From: Raillietiella orientalis
Taxonomy: Eukaryota
DNA: 64,000 nt
Assembly: GCA_036172245.1 (NCBI GenBank)
Contig: JAYWIR010000101.1
Location: forward strand, 1 to 64,000
Direction of reading: 5' to 3'
Of the stretch, positions 48,646 to 62,073 are shown piece by piece; positions within the stretch are counted from its first letter, which is position 1, and each line of letters opens with the position of its first letter. Both the position numbers and the translations under genes were made by a program. The notes beneath the pieces are model-generated. The model worked only from the letters and a program-made list of their open reading frames with translations. It did no database searches and was not told where the DNA came from.

Positions 48646-50006
48646 CGCACAGTGCCGACGTGTTTTCACGTCTCCCCGCGTTTGCGATCGAGCATCTTTA
48701 TGCGTGGGTTTTCCCTTGCACTTGTATGTTTCTTGCAAGTGAACGGAGCAGCGTTTTACAGCATGGCAACTTCTAAGAATGGTGTGGAGGAGACAGCCGT
48801 TGAGTCCAATTCAATTGGAATGGAAGCGACCGCATCCTCCGTGAGGGTTTCCTCGCCTTCGGTGAGGAGCTACGCCGCCGTCACCTCCCAGGGAGCAGGA
48901 TCCTGCGATGCTGAGTTGCAGGCTTATGTGGCATCCGGCTACACGCCCGCACTCCGTTATAAGGTCAGTGGGCCCCTTAACGGGAGGACCGAGCGTGAGC
49001 TCCACGATGAGCTCGTCGGGATCGGCGTTCAGGAGGAGGGCCTCCTTGCCATCATGCCTTCGGGTAGGATGAAATACACCAAGATACGGTGCAAAAACGC
49101 GGCACTTGTGCAGCGTCTTCTCCTTACTCCGTTGTCCATCGGTGGCAAGGAAGTCTTGCCTTCCGTGATGGACGACTCGTTTGTCGTCCAATTGTGCGAC
49201 ATCGAGCCAGAAATCTCAGACCGCGATGTCGTAAGTGTGCTGGCGAAGTTCGTCAACGTGCACGCTCTGTGGAGCATGCCAAATCCTCTAAAGGATTTGT
49301 TCTCTGTCCACATTGAACACGCCTCCGCGCGGATCTCCGTCGCGAACAGGCGTGTTGTGACCGAGGAACTGCAGATGAACGGCACGGTCGTTCACCTGTG
49401 GTTTCTAGAGCAGAGTCGCGCGGGCGAGCAGTGCGGCAAGGAGTACACCGAATGAAGGAATGTCTTACCCAGAAATGCCACTATTGCAAAGAAACCGGGC
49501 ACAAAATAAAAAAGTGCCCGGTCCTTGCAAAGAAAAGGGCAGCAGCGAAAGTTCGTCGCGTTCAAGAGACCAACGAACGAAAGGCCGCTGTCCCCAAGAA
49601 AAAGCAGTGTCCGCGGAGTATTGTCAAAAGAGCCAAGCAATACGCATGAATACAAAAGGCGTCCCCGCCCGCAACGCCCCAAAAGGGAGAAATCGCGGCA
49701 GGGAAGTCAATGAAAAAGGGGCGCGAGCGCTCGACGCGTGCCGGGGCCTCCCTCGCTGCCGTACTGGGAAGCAGTTCTCCAAGCCAAGAACCGGGAAATT
49801 TCCTAAGACCCTCGGTAGGGAAGGTAGGACAGCAGGATGATCGCCACAGGGAGAATACTTCCAGCTCTAACCCGTTGTCCCTTCCCAAATCGGCAAAGTC
49901 CCACTCCTATGCAGGGGCCTCTGCAGCGGCTACGAAACCCGTTGCAAGCAGCGGCGTGCAGCGCAAAAAAGCGCTGCAGGCAGTCGCCCCTTCACTGACT
50001 CGACAA
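48646..50006 (+). mobile_element. Element K, 5' UTR + degenerate ORF1
   Basis: CCGACGTGTTTT 5' motif; AELQAYVASGYTPALRYKV is similar to I/G ORF1; CHYCKETGHKIKKC. Preceded by a ~38-bp minus-strand F-family APE scrap (48608-48645). Confidence 0.82.
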
Positions 50007-51237
50007 TTTTCCCTAAGTCCCAAAAGGGGTGGGGTAAATTTATTTGTTATTTTTTAAAACACATTCATTCTACAATCACATTCATACAACATACCCACTT
50101 TACATCACTCTGAAGTCCTTAGGGATATTAAAAGTTCTGCTTTCAGGCTAGGTTTCCAGATGTTTGTTCCCGGGCGTCGTCTTCAATCCTCTTCAGGATG
50201 AATCGGTAGGTCCAGGCATGGATTCGTCCACAATTCCTGATACCGATCTCCTTCGTGATGAGTTTTTGAAGGATCTTTATCGGAGGTGCGGCTCTCCTGG
50301 CTTTCCTCATCTTCCACCACCACACAAGTGTGGCAGTGATGAAGACGGCAATGGTCGTCCTCACTATGGGATTGTAACAGGTAACATTACCAACTCCCTG
50401 AAACATCCCGGCGAGGATCTCCATTGTGGAGCTGGTGGTGAGTCCTATGATCCTTTTGAGGATCAGCCAGTCCTGTAGCAATGTGGGACACGTCAAGACG
50501 TGAAGACTCGTGTCGGTGTTGCCACATGCTGCGCAGTCTCGATCTTCCCGTCTTCCGGTGAAGTACTGAAGTCTGGACCCGCTTTGGATTCCTCCATGAT
50601 AAAAAATCAGGAGTTGTCCTGCGTGTCCGGTGGAAGGTCACTCCTCCAGAGCGTAGTTCCAATCGCCAACAGGTTGATCAGGTCTCTCCCGTAGCGATCG
50701 GCGGCTTCTTGGAGGCACTGATGTCTCGGTCGTCTTCTTTGATGAGTCTTCGGAGGTTTTTTTTGGGTTACCGTAGACTACGCGAGGTCGTCGTAGTTGA
50801 TTCACACCTCGCGGGTCATGTGGGTAAACCTTGCTAACATCATCTCTATATACCGAAGTATACGAGTGTGGTGTAGGTACCCTCCTCTTCTCCACTCCTG
50901 GATTCGATGCAGGGTAACTCTGGACCGACGGTAGATCAGCTTCTCGTGTCCAAAGGGAGCGCAAGCATCCAAGGGAACACCAGGCCCGACACCTTCTGCC
51001 AGAGTTCTCTGCTTCGCGGCACGATCTTGATTTTGTGCTTACGCACCAGCCGTTGCTTCCTCCTCCAGGTTGGGTCGATGGATGTCCACTGTCCTGCTCG
51101 GCCTTGCAGCGCAGTCATCAGGTTTTTCGAGTTGTTCAGCAGCAACGCGTGGGCCCTATGCGCCGCATACGGCCAGTCATCCCAGTGAGTGGCAATGTCC
51201 AGGATGTGTCGCGTATCCATGATTTCCATGGAATGTG
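50007..51237 (-). mobile_element. D2: 5'-truncated copy of family D, antisense within ORF1 of K
   Basis: MEIMDTRHILDIA and TCPTLLQDWLILKRIIG match D ORF2; 3' end AATAAATTTACCCCACCCCTTTTGGGACTTAGGGAAAA. Confidence 0.9.
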
Positions 51238-51890
51238 TGATGATGAGACGATCTTCCGGTGTTTCTTGGACTGCCGTCCAATTCTCCGGGGCGAACCAGT
51301 GGAGAAGGATGCCTGGAGTGCGAGATCTCAGAACCCTTTCCGTAGGCCTGCCACCTCACGGTCTTTTTATCCGCCTTGGAAGGTCGCTACAACGATGGAG
51401 CGAGCTCCTCGGTCGCTCGCCCCTGAGCGACGACATCGACTTCACGTTCGATGATGAACTCCGCCGCCTCTCTGCCCTCCTTGTTGACTTTGTCATTGGT
51501 GGTTTGAGCGCTGGCAGCAGCGACTTCTTGTGTGTCGCACTCGTCGATGCCTGTAATCTCCTCAGCTACCGCGCGGCAACTTCTAGTTATTTTACATCGC
51601 GGCGCGTATTCGCTCCGTTTCGAAACGTTTTCTACTGTTTTATATTTTTTGGAGTTCACCACCGGTTTACCTGGCTTTTGGCCGTTGCCCACATCCTGTT
51701 CGGCGTTTTCCGCCGGCGACCCGGAGATGAACTCCGGCTTGGTGGTGGAGGTTGCCTCATTAGCTGAAGCTAGAGCTGCTAACTTTTTCCTTTTTCTTGC
51801 CGCGTGCTTTGTTGCGTTTCGAGTGGACACGACAGGGACTGCATTTTGAGGCACACCCGCCGAGTGTGTTCGATTGGTTCTTATGAAGTG
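51238..51890 (-). mobile_element. L: decayed ORF1 fragment (A-like)
   Basis: ENAEQDVGNGQKPG...VAQGRATEELAPSL resembles A ORF1 NNAEQIEGRSQEPG...FARAAEELAASL. Confidence 0.6.
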
Positions 51891-52039
51891 AACCAAAAGC
51901 TGAAGAATAGTTGCATTTTTCGGTATATTTCAGCGAATGCGTTCATAGTTAGCATAGAAAAATGCAGGAGAAGTTCACACCTGTTCATCGCATCTTTAGT
52001 TGAAGCACACGGAAATTGGAAACAACGCCATGATTCGTT

Positions 52040-52560
52040 GGTTTTGTGTGCAGATTAGGATCACAATTCCAATATCAGTTGCAACGTTAGCGCTTCTCAT
52101 ATCAGTTAACCGATTTTTGGACATGCTTAGCAGCAGCCTAAAGCCGTGAATGCTTCCGTCTCGCCGTTGTTAGCACAACTGGTCCGTTTGGTTCTCTTCC
52201 GTCCATTGATCGTCCTTGGGCTGCTTGATGCAGCCTGTCGATTCTGGTAACCCACTGATTGCCGTTTGTGCTATCCAGCGGCGAAGTAGCGAGTTCGCTC
52301 TCCATTCTTGAAGCAGCACGCTGTGCTTCTGCCGTGAAATATCCTTCTAGGGAGCCATCGATTGAGCACATCTGCATGACTTCCAGCTATAGCACTGAAG
52401 CCGTGCATAAACAGGTCAGATGTTCACATGAACTTTGACCCGGACACACCGCATCCGCAACCTGGTTTGAATGTGTGCACTGCATTCAATGGGGACGCGA
52501 AACGAAAGACACGGATCTGGTGGTCTTACGCTGGAATTCTCCACGCATTGATGGGCTTCT
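52040..52560 (+). repeat. Old repeat with an inverted paralogue at ~59460-59940; probably a decayed ORF2 3' region
   Basis: For example, CAGTTAACCGATTTTTGGACATGCTTAGCAGCAGC at ~52100 vs the reverse complement of GCTGCTGCTATGCATGTCCCAAAATAGGTTAACTC at ~59870. Confidence 0.6.
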
Positions 52561-52599
52561 TCGATGGTTCAGCTATCTTGGGAAAACAATAAATAAAAA

Positions 52600-55500
52600 A
52601 GGTAAACGGTTTATTAAACGAATCGAGTAGTCACTCTTTGTTTCCTGGAGTCTTCCTTTTGGAATCGCCTGCGCTTAACTGATCAACTGCCCCAGTGATA
52701 CGGTGAACCGGGTGAAGTTTGTTGATGACACAACGGATTTAGTCTGTGAGGGAAAAGTAGAAAGTACAGATTATGCATCTCCCACCCTTTCAAAGAATGG
52801 CCTACAGCACGGCATGGCTAATGAGATTGTTCATAGCTCATCAGATGGACCATCACCTTAAGCGAATACTCAATTAAAGATCGCTGTGAAAACATCGTAT
52901 TAGCAAATTTTCTTCCTCGGGTGTAATCATACAAGCAGCACATTCGCACCAACGAATTTATGGTTGACGAAATTACAAAGCTCGGATTTTGGATTTCCAC
53001 TTTTTCATCCGAGGTCGATGTGTCTCGCGATCGGTTCTCGCAGTATGTCTATTTTGAAAGGCAGATTGAGAAGATGCTTAGAAGTGTACCATATGAAGGG
53101 AAGTAAAGAGGTAAGAGATAAAGTGGAGGCGTCCAATTTGCTTAATTTTGGGCGTCTCACACGCAGACTTGCTGTCACGTTGGTACACCATCCGATGGCA
53201 GCCAGTTTTCCAGCTTTCAGTCGCCGACTAGCCGATAACCAGGCTAGAAACGCTCGTAGTTCGCAGTAAGCTTTATGCTTTTCTTCGAAATGAATTGCTG
53301 TCCATCCTTTGTGGGATCACTTTCAAATATTCTGTTGTCCACCAGTATAGCCGATGAGAGAAGCGAATTCTTTTTGATGTACATGAATTTTCCTATGTGC
53401 TTTTCAACTGTTCAAGGAAACTCAAAGAAACAGCTGAATCGAACACTTCATGATCTCCTGACCACTTCATAATGCTCTGAGAAATTCAAGCAAGAAGAAC
53501 AATAAAAGGTAGTGTAAAGTAAGAAAACAACTTGCTGATAATTTTCGATTGCCCTGTACGGTGATTACCTGCAAATGATTTCCTTCATGGTTACAGATCT
53601 GTTCCTCCTACTCCTTGGAGAGATTAGGCCAGCTTACGGTTATCCGCGAGAAAACGATCATGAAAGTTCAGGGTTACGTTTTCGTCAGGAACGCGTTGTT
53701 AACTTTTTGTTGAAGAGTGGCCGTTACATAGCTGTGATCTCCACACTAAGCGCCCTGCCGATGCAACTGAAAACACCTTTCGTCAATTTTCAAGCAGTTT
53801 CCTTCTGCCTAACACAACTCTGGTATTTTTCCAATTTGCTAACTGAGCTAGCGCTCTTGGGATGAGGCAGGATCTGTGAGGCTAGCTCTAGAACAAGTGG
53901 TGCAATGGAGATCCCAAGCCGATTACTTAGGCTGCAATTCCGATCGCTTCTAGGCGCAGTAGATCACGCCTTTTTCTTCAGATCCACACATATTCCCAGC
54001 AGTTGCAGCCGTAAATATTTCCGCACCCTGGAACTGTTTCTTGGATACAGGCAGTGCAGCTGGTTAGCATTAGGGAGATCCAAGTGTTCTCTTGCATCAG
54101 AGGAACCATTTGCTGCTGCATATGGCCATATTCTCTCAGGCTAATCTCGTTCCGCACGGCAATCGACGAGAGCACTTCGGATGGTGGCGGTCTTCTAGAG
54201 AGACTCTTCCTGTGCTCACAAAGACGTGGTCCATTGCTTCATCACAAGTGCACGTCCTCTGAACTGGAGCTCCAGCCCTAATCTCTGCAGAGTAAGAAGG
54301 CTTGGTCCACCATTCCAGATGGGAAAACACAATTCTTTGAATTGGACACGGGATCTCTCTGTACAGAAAAGAAAGAGAAAGAAAAGAGAAACAACAGGAG
54401 AAACTATCAAGAGAAACAACGTGGAGAAATCCTTATACCGCTTTTTCATGGTGACAAGGCTCTTCGCAAAGAGGACAGAAATTCTCAGTGCTAACGAGTG
54501 ACATGTGAACGGGTGGCTCCTCAAGCATTGCGGGTCGTTCTTTTTGGCTGACAGTGGAAACTTGGCAGATGCGTAGGAGTTAGGTACTTGGCCTATCTCC
54601 CGATCATTATCGCTAATCCGTGTGAGCAAATTCTGCAGCAGAGTTTCCAAAATTCTTCGGAAAACTCGCACGCGGAGAAGAAATGTTGGCTCTCTCCTCT
54701 GTAGTGGCTGCTGCATTCGTTTCCTCGGGAAAAGTCCCGAAAGACGGCTAAAGACTCCTCCTCCGACAGCGTGCTCATGGCTGCTTGCAGCGGCTCTGTA
54801 GCTCACTTTTGTTCAAAAGGCGCACTTGCTGACAACGGTGTTTCACCACGTGGCCTGCGTGCTTGGTCGCGGAAAACAATTAGTCAGACTTGTGGAAGGC
54901 CTGCTGCACCGTGGCAAGCTCAGCAAATTACTTTTTCCCTAGAAACTTTGGGGTGCCTTCCTCCGTTCGTTCCAAGTAATTTCATTGCGCTGAAGTACTT
55001 CAATTCGATGTCGAATATGGTTACTTGATGCTGTAGAACCAGTGAGGAGCTTTTTCAGAGGACTTGTGATCCTCCGAAAGCAGAAGCCCCCAGAAAGTGG
55101 TGTGAATGGAGAAAAAGTATCGCTAGTGTTCTTATTTGCCTAAAGCCCCTTTCACCCTTGGCATCGCCTTGTTCACTAGAACTGCTGCTGGCATTCCATA
55201 CCGTGAACTCTGCTACATTGTCCCTTTCGCAGTACCACTTTCTTCCTATAAAATGCCCTTTCTGGTAAGCATCTAGCTTCCTGCTTTCGGTGCGCCACAT
55301 TCTTCAGGCAGTATACCTTCCGAAAATTGTTTGGTATCTAGTTGAGTTGGAAGCATGTACTGCATCTTCCGATTTCTAAGGCGATTACAAAGTGACTACG
55401 TCCCTTGTGCCCAAAATCTTTTTGTGGGAATTTGTGGCTGTCGTGCACCTATTTCTATTTCATTAGTTTGCCACGTTTCCTGCAAATGAAACATTTTCGC

Positions 55501-55900
55501 ATCTTTACAGCAGAGAGAGCGCCTGATGTTCGTTTCCTGTGACCTCACAGAGTGCACAACTTTGGGCCTGACCAAGTAAAACCTGACGATTTTTTGTTAA
55601 GGCATAGTTCCTCTGAGATATGTGACCTATTCGCTGCACGCGTACGCATTTTTTCCAGCCCACTGTACGTGCTGAAAGCCTGGTGTAACACTTTCTTGGT
55701 GGCAACCATCATGAACAGCACCGAACTTTGAAAGCTTGGTCGCCACCGCAACTTTCTGCTTATCGGCGGCAATCCTCCTGGATGGTGCAACACGGAATCG
55801 CCCTAGGGGATAGAAGACGTCACATCTCACCTTTCTATATACATTGATTTCTTTAGTATGCAGTGTACCAACGCTATAGTTATACAGCAGTGCTCGATTA
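52600..55900 (-). mobile_element. Highly decayed relic of the same LINE group
   Basis: RSRVQFKELCFPIWNGGPSLLTLQRLGLELQFR (~54260-54360) matches RSRVRLKDLCAPRRDGGLGLLTLERIQLQ; LSKFGAVH (~55720) is ORF1-like. Boundaries are approximate. Confidence 0.5.
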
Positions 55901-58900
55901 AGGTACCGCTACCAGCACTTACCAGCACTCTTCAAGCTCTCTGGAAAACGTTGAAATTTCTGAAGGATCCAAATGGAAAAGAAGTTTGATACCTGATGTA
56001 CTTGTATTTAAGAGGAACTGTTGCATCCATGGACCTCAAGACCAAAAGAAGTCCTGGTCAGCAGGCATATGTTTTTATCCCTGCTGATTGAGGCAGCCAT
56101 GACTTTCAAAGACATCTCCAATGAAGCTTTTGTCACAAGGAAATAATCGGACCCAACTTTTGAAGAGTCAATTCATGTTCAAGGGTCATCCGGAATGTAA
56201 AACCTCTCTTTGCCATCCAGGCCTCACTTGAAATGAAAAGCGTTGCTCACCTGTAGAATCAGCAGAACTACATGAGCACAGAGAGGGCGACAGATACCAT
56301 CGTCTCTTTGGCTTAACCAGGAAAGAAGGCGTTTCCTGTGGAGTACGACCCAATAATCCCAACCACCATAGCGGATGTTATTGCCCGAGAATGTGGACCT
56401 GCAGCGTTTTTCTGCTCGCTCGCTCGGCGACTGTGAGCTGCTTCCACACCTTGCAACATTCGGAAGAGCTACTATCCCCCCGGCTGAAGTTCTTTCTCTC
56501 AGAGTAGACAGGGCTGTGAGAAGCTTTCGCCTAAGTGATCAAGGAGAAAGCAAAACTCAAAAGTTTGGTTGTCATCGAAAAGAATCGTCAAGCCAGCGAC
56601 GTTAATCCCGAAGGAGAAGCCATTGACCACCCTGATGTGCGTAGTGCTTGGTCTGCTCCTGTTGAAAAGAGAGAACGTCGCTCAGCGAGCTCCAGAACTT
56701 CAAAGCACTCGTTTGAACGTAAAACCTCACAGTGGATTGATTTGGTTATTACTTAATATGCGGAAAAAAACACTCCGTTCTATTTGGAAGAAATTGCATG
56801 AGAACAAAATGGAAGCGGATCCCAATACGCGGTGATTCCGCTTTTTTTCCCGCTACCTCATTGAAGCGAACCAAATGTGCTCGAGCCATCCCGTAACAGT
56901 GAGATTTTTAAAATCCATGTTATTCACCACGAAATAGGAATAACTTTAAAACATATGTTCTTAGTACGTAAGGCGAAATTCCTCTTTATCTTTGATTACC
57001 TTCTATTTGAATTTTGTATGGATGAGTTGCTGCTTTCACGGAACATGTAAGGGAAGGGCGGCTTGCAGGCTCTTTCAGGCCTCTCCATTTGACCAACTAC
57101 GAAACGGTGTGCAGCTGCCTATTCGAAACCTTTGCGATATTTCTCTCCGGCGAGGAACGAATACAATCTAGAAAATGGGATTGCCAACTGTGAGGATATT
57201 TCCGGTTTTCTTTTTCAGCACTTGCGTCTAGGTTTGAGGATTTTGTGATAACTGAATGTGGGATGACCTAATTGTGTAGCCGGAAACACTTGTTAAACGG
57301 TGGAATCTGAATTTATTCTTAATAAATAGCGCTTATTTCGCAGTTCACCATTACAACTTACGTGGCGTCTTGTTGCCGCATCGAAGTCTCCAGTGGGCAT
57401 CAGTAGGCAATCCAAAGAATTCCGGAGAAATGATTCTTCCTAGGATGCACATGGTGAGAGTATTTTGCATCCTTCACTCCTCAGCAGGCGGACGGTAACA
57501 ACATTGTGGCCACTCATTAGTGGAACCAGCGCATAGTGGCAAAGCTTCGAATGGTCGACTTGTTTCCTTCAAAGCTTTTCTCCTCCTTCACAACGCAAAG
57601 TGGGCAACTGAGTGCTCCTCGGCCTGCATCTTGGGATGCTTGAGCAGTCAGTCTTCTACTTTCAGGGCTGCCAACCGCGATTCGCGACTCCTGGCAGTTC
57701 GTTCCTTCTATGCGGATTGGCACTCCTAATTGTTTCTCGAGCGGCTGTGGGATGCAACACGCGCGTTGCCACTACTCACAGATAGCACCGTAAGGTGCGG
57801 ATTGTGCTCAACTTTGATCCTACCTTGCATCATGATGATTAGAATTGTGATACTATCCTTTCGGATGACATGACTACGTTTCTTGTTAAACTCTCAAGCT
57901 AATGCGGAAATGCGTTTGCGGGTCCTAAGGTGAAGACTCCTCAGGTAAGATTTCATAATCAGCAGACTCAAAGCTATGCAGTGCGATGCTCAGGATGCCT
58001 TACCAGTGAAGTGCGAAACTTCAGAAGGCTTCCGATATTGAGTTGCATCTCGGGATGACATTGCAGCATTCTAGGGAGCGCAAAGACAAGGAACTGTACA
58101 TCTCAGCGGGAATCTTTGCGTTGTTCAAATGTAACCGCAAGGAATGCGCTGCGCTGTAATATCGAGAAACACTGTTTGTTTCTGTCGAAGACTCCCACGC
58201 GCGCGGGGAATCGAGGTGGTTTCATGCCAATTGGGTTCTTTTGCTACATCGAATCCTGGATCCTTCCATGGATCATGCACAACGTTGAAAGATTTTGCAA
58301 AAAAATGGACCATACATTTCAGCTGCTCCTGCAGGCTCTAGTGCTCCTCTTGGGAATCGGCATGCCTGCCGCAACCGGGTTGAGTTGCAAACAGCCCTGG
58401 GAGCACTTGAAATTTCGGAAGTTTACTGGAAACTGTTCGTTCCTTTTGGAAATTCCGTTTGAAGACGAACCGCCATTAACTTCTTGTAGGGCAGGATGGG
58501 GACCTGATACACGGCCAACGGAACGTTAAGAACGATGCTCTGTCAGTGTCACGGTAAGATGACAATACGCACTGAGAATTCATATCTTGGTTTCATCAGA
58601 CAGACGATGGTCTCCCGGACGATGTAAGCGTCTTCATCAACGGTCCCTGTAATCATGCTTGCACATTTTCACCTGAAAATGGGTAAGTGACCTTCCCATT
58701 TTGGCATCCAAGCATGCACGTTGCTTTCCCTCCTTTGCATTCATATTTCCTTATGACTACCGCATGCAATTCGAATTTGGACTTCTGTTCTGCGCCTCGA
58801 TGAGATTCCCATGACAGGATAAACGCGGAGCTCGGTTCTTCCCAATTTCCGCATTTTGGAAGGCACGAAAGCACGTCGATGATCAGCGATGCTCTGTTCT

Positions 58901-59399
58901 CATGGTGTTCCCATCACCTTTGGTAAACCTGCAAGGAAATGGACCCTCGCAACTGTAAAAAAGTTCACTGCGTGGCTCAGGGTGTTAAACTTCACATTAC
59001 GAATTTTTCCGATTTGAACACAGCTTTTGAGATGCAAATGAGGAAGTAAAAATGCAAACTTCTCATAAGAATGATTCAATGCGTTCACCAAACTCGCGGA
59101 ATGAAAGCATCCAAATCCAACATTGCTGGACAGACTTCCTTTTCAAAGAGCATATATTTCACTTAACCAAAACTGTATTTATTTCAGTAACCCTGAAGAG
59201 TTGGAGCATACCCTGCGAATATCAACTCCGTTCAGTGTATCATGCAGTTTTCATGAAAACTCTACATGCTGGCTGGAATTCGGTCCACATGAGTAATCGG
59301 CAGGTCCAGACAAAGGCGTAGAACAGCATACCGTAAAATACCTTGCAAGCATTTAAAAATGATAGAAAAACTAATCATTTGTGGCTTTGCAAATAAGCC

Positions 59400-60750
59400 G
59401 TTTACCGTTCTTATTTATTTTATTTACTAATATGGCAGCATTATCGAAGAAGCCCATCAATCCACAGAGCATTCAAACACTTGGTCACCAGGTCTGTGCC
59501 TTACGTTCCGAGTCCCCATCAACTGCGGTGCACACATTGATGGCAGTTCGCGAGTGGGGTGCGTCCAGGTGAAAGATCATCTGATCATCTGACCTGTTTG
59601 CGGACACCTTCAGTGCTCTTTCTGAAAGTCATGCAGATGCGCACAACTGATGGCTCCCTAGAAGGAAATTTCTCGGCACATGCACAGCGTGCTGCTACAT
59701 GAATAGGGAGCGAACTCGCTGCTTCGCCGTTGAAGAGAACACGCAGTCATTCCAGAATCTCCTGGCTTCGAGAAGTAGTCCAATTGCAATCAATGGACGG
59801 AAGGCAACGAAGCCAACCAGCTGAGTTAACGGCTGCGATGCAGAAGCAATCACGGCATTAAGCTGCTGCTATGCATGTCCCAAAATAGGTTAACTCATGC
59901 GAGAAGCCCGTATGTTGCAGCTTTTAGTCGAATTGTGATAATAACTCAAGAAACAGAAAACCCAAGAACTGCTTCCAACTTCCGTGTGTTTCAGCTAAGG
60001 CTAAGATGAGCACGTGGGAACCTCTCCGGCGTTTTTGTATGCAACCTGGAATCTCATCTGCGAAATTATAGCGGGAATTGTAAGTATTCTTCATCTACTG
60101 GACCACTTGGATGAAAACAACCAAATTTATGTGTCTTAATGAAGCAATGCGTCTGCAATCTTGAGATGAGCCAGAATAACCTTATATTCTGAGTTGTACG
60201 TGCACTACTCAAAGAATTGCGCTGAAACAAAAAGTTCTGGATCTGTCTTCAGTGATCTCTTCTGTTTGAAGCCAGACTTGAATTTAGCACTCGATAAATG
60301 ACGAAGGCTGAGGCGAGCTTCTGCAGCACCCCCCATCATTCTTGCAATGGGATATCCCCTATTCAATTTTCTTCTCGAAACTTGCGAGGTTTTCAGCATA
60401 TCATGCATGTAAAACATCGCGCGCATCTCTGCTCCAGCTTCCATACTTTCTTCAGAGGAAGCATCGTAGGCGTCTTCGCGGTCAATTGGAAGAATTCGCG
60501 CATCAACTGTTTCTGGAGGAAAAATTCCTATGGAACACCACGGACTACCCGCATTCCTTCTTACCAAGTTCTTGGCAGCTGGTAATTCCAGTGGCTAAGG
60601 AGACTTCTAGCATTCCTTGCGTACCCCACTGAGGTGAGCAGAGGCAATCTCTCACCGATAGTCCATGCCGATGATTTCTCTAAATTATTTCTAAAAATTC
60701 TGCTTGCACTAATTTTTACTCTCTTCTTTCGGGTCACTTGCATCACAAAC
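59400..60750 (-). mobile_element. Highly decayed ORF2 relic
   Basis: VSRRKLNRGYPIARMM resembles VRRGIRQGDSLSPLL; includes the inverted paralogue of 52040-52560. Confidence 0.4.
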
Positions 60751-61719
60751 AGTCACGCCACCTACTGTCCTCTGCTTTCCTTGATGATTCAACAGCTGAT
60801 TGTGACCATTAAGACGACTATCTTCATCCATCACATTTCTTCAGTCTCACTAATCCAATGCACGCAATATCGAAACGAATAACATCGTCTTCCCTCCTTC
60901 CATTTTCAGTAAATACAAATCTTATAGTTCAATCCATATCATATCATCAAGATCACCACGGGAAACATTCTCTCTTTGGTATTCTGATATCGTCCCATCA
61001 TTCTCACACCGCCATTCCCACTTGTTACCATGCAAGCAGCTGTAGCACTTATTCAAGGTTACATAGCCTTTCTACCAGAACCTCTCAATTTACAAAAATG
61101 CATTCGATATCAATACAGCTACTGTCTGTTTTACACCCCTGCATGCAGAACTCAACACTCACACTTTCTCAGCCCCACCGATGATTCTCTAACTAATCTT
61201 TACATAAGCATGGAGACACTCTTTTTCTATGTCACAAATTTAGGTACATTTATCCAGCAGAACAGCAGTTTGAATTTCTGTATATATTTGCAAAAATGAA
61301 AATTCGCACCCAACACTGCAGCGTTCAAATCCATTCTGCGAAGAACTGTCTCACTCATTGCTTTCTTTTGAACATTCTTCAATGTTGGATTGTGGGTAAA
61401 CTGAGAATTCACCATCTCCAGACACTCGTCTAACAGATTTTCTGGATACGGATGGGATGCAATGGTCTTTGCTCGACAGTATTTACTGCTATGGTAATCC
61501 GAAGTACTTCAGTGATTGCTGGGTTTCTTTGTTCTAGGATCATTTTGTTTTGAAGTTTTATTTTTTTACTTTCTTCTTCTTGAGGTCTCTCTGTGTAACT
61601 CACACATCAATGATGTGATGTCGAGTGAGTACCATTGATTTGAACTCAGGCATACCACTGTTAAGGCAATTCATTTCCTGAAATCAAAACACCTCAGAAT
61701 TTCAGTAGACTGTCCTTCA

Positions 61720-62073
61720 GACTGCTTGGGGCCTAGAGAATTCTGGCGCATTGGTAAGCTCCAAGGAGAAATTCAATACTGAATAGTAAGTAAAGATCAT
61801 TCGGATCGGTGTTCGAGAGGAGGAACACTTTGCCATCATGCCTGCGGGCAGGACTGAATATACGAAGACACGGTACTCAAACGCGGCACTCGTGTTGCGT
61901 CTTCGGGGAGGGAATGCCCCTTCCCAAAGTTCCTTTATCGCAAAAATTCCGGGCACGGAAAAACGAATTGCCCGGAACTTGCTAGAAAAAGGTCATATCG
62001 GTACTTTCACACCGGTCAAAGAGACCACAGCAGAAAAAGCCGCTGCGCTTCCGAAGAGGTCGGGTCCGCAAAG
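61720..62073 (+). mobile_element. K-family ORF1 relic; host of M
   Basis: GATCGGTGTTCGAGAGGAGGAACACTTTGCCATCATGCC aligns with K at 49020-49060. Confidence 0.7.

Noticed and set aside
56300..59300. Host gene or plus-strand RT relic
   Set aside because: Only short ORFs and very weak resemblance; cannot be supported without a search.
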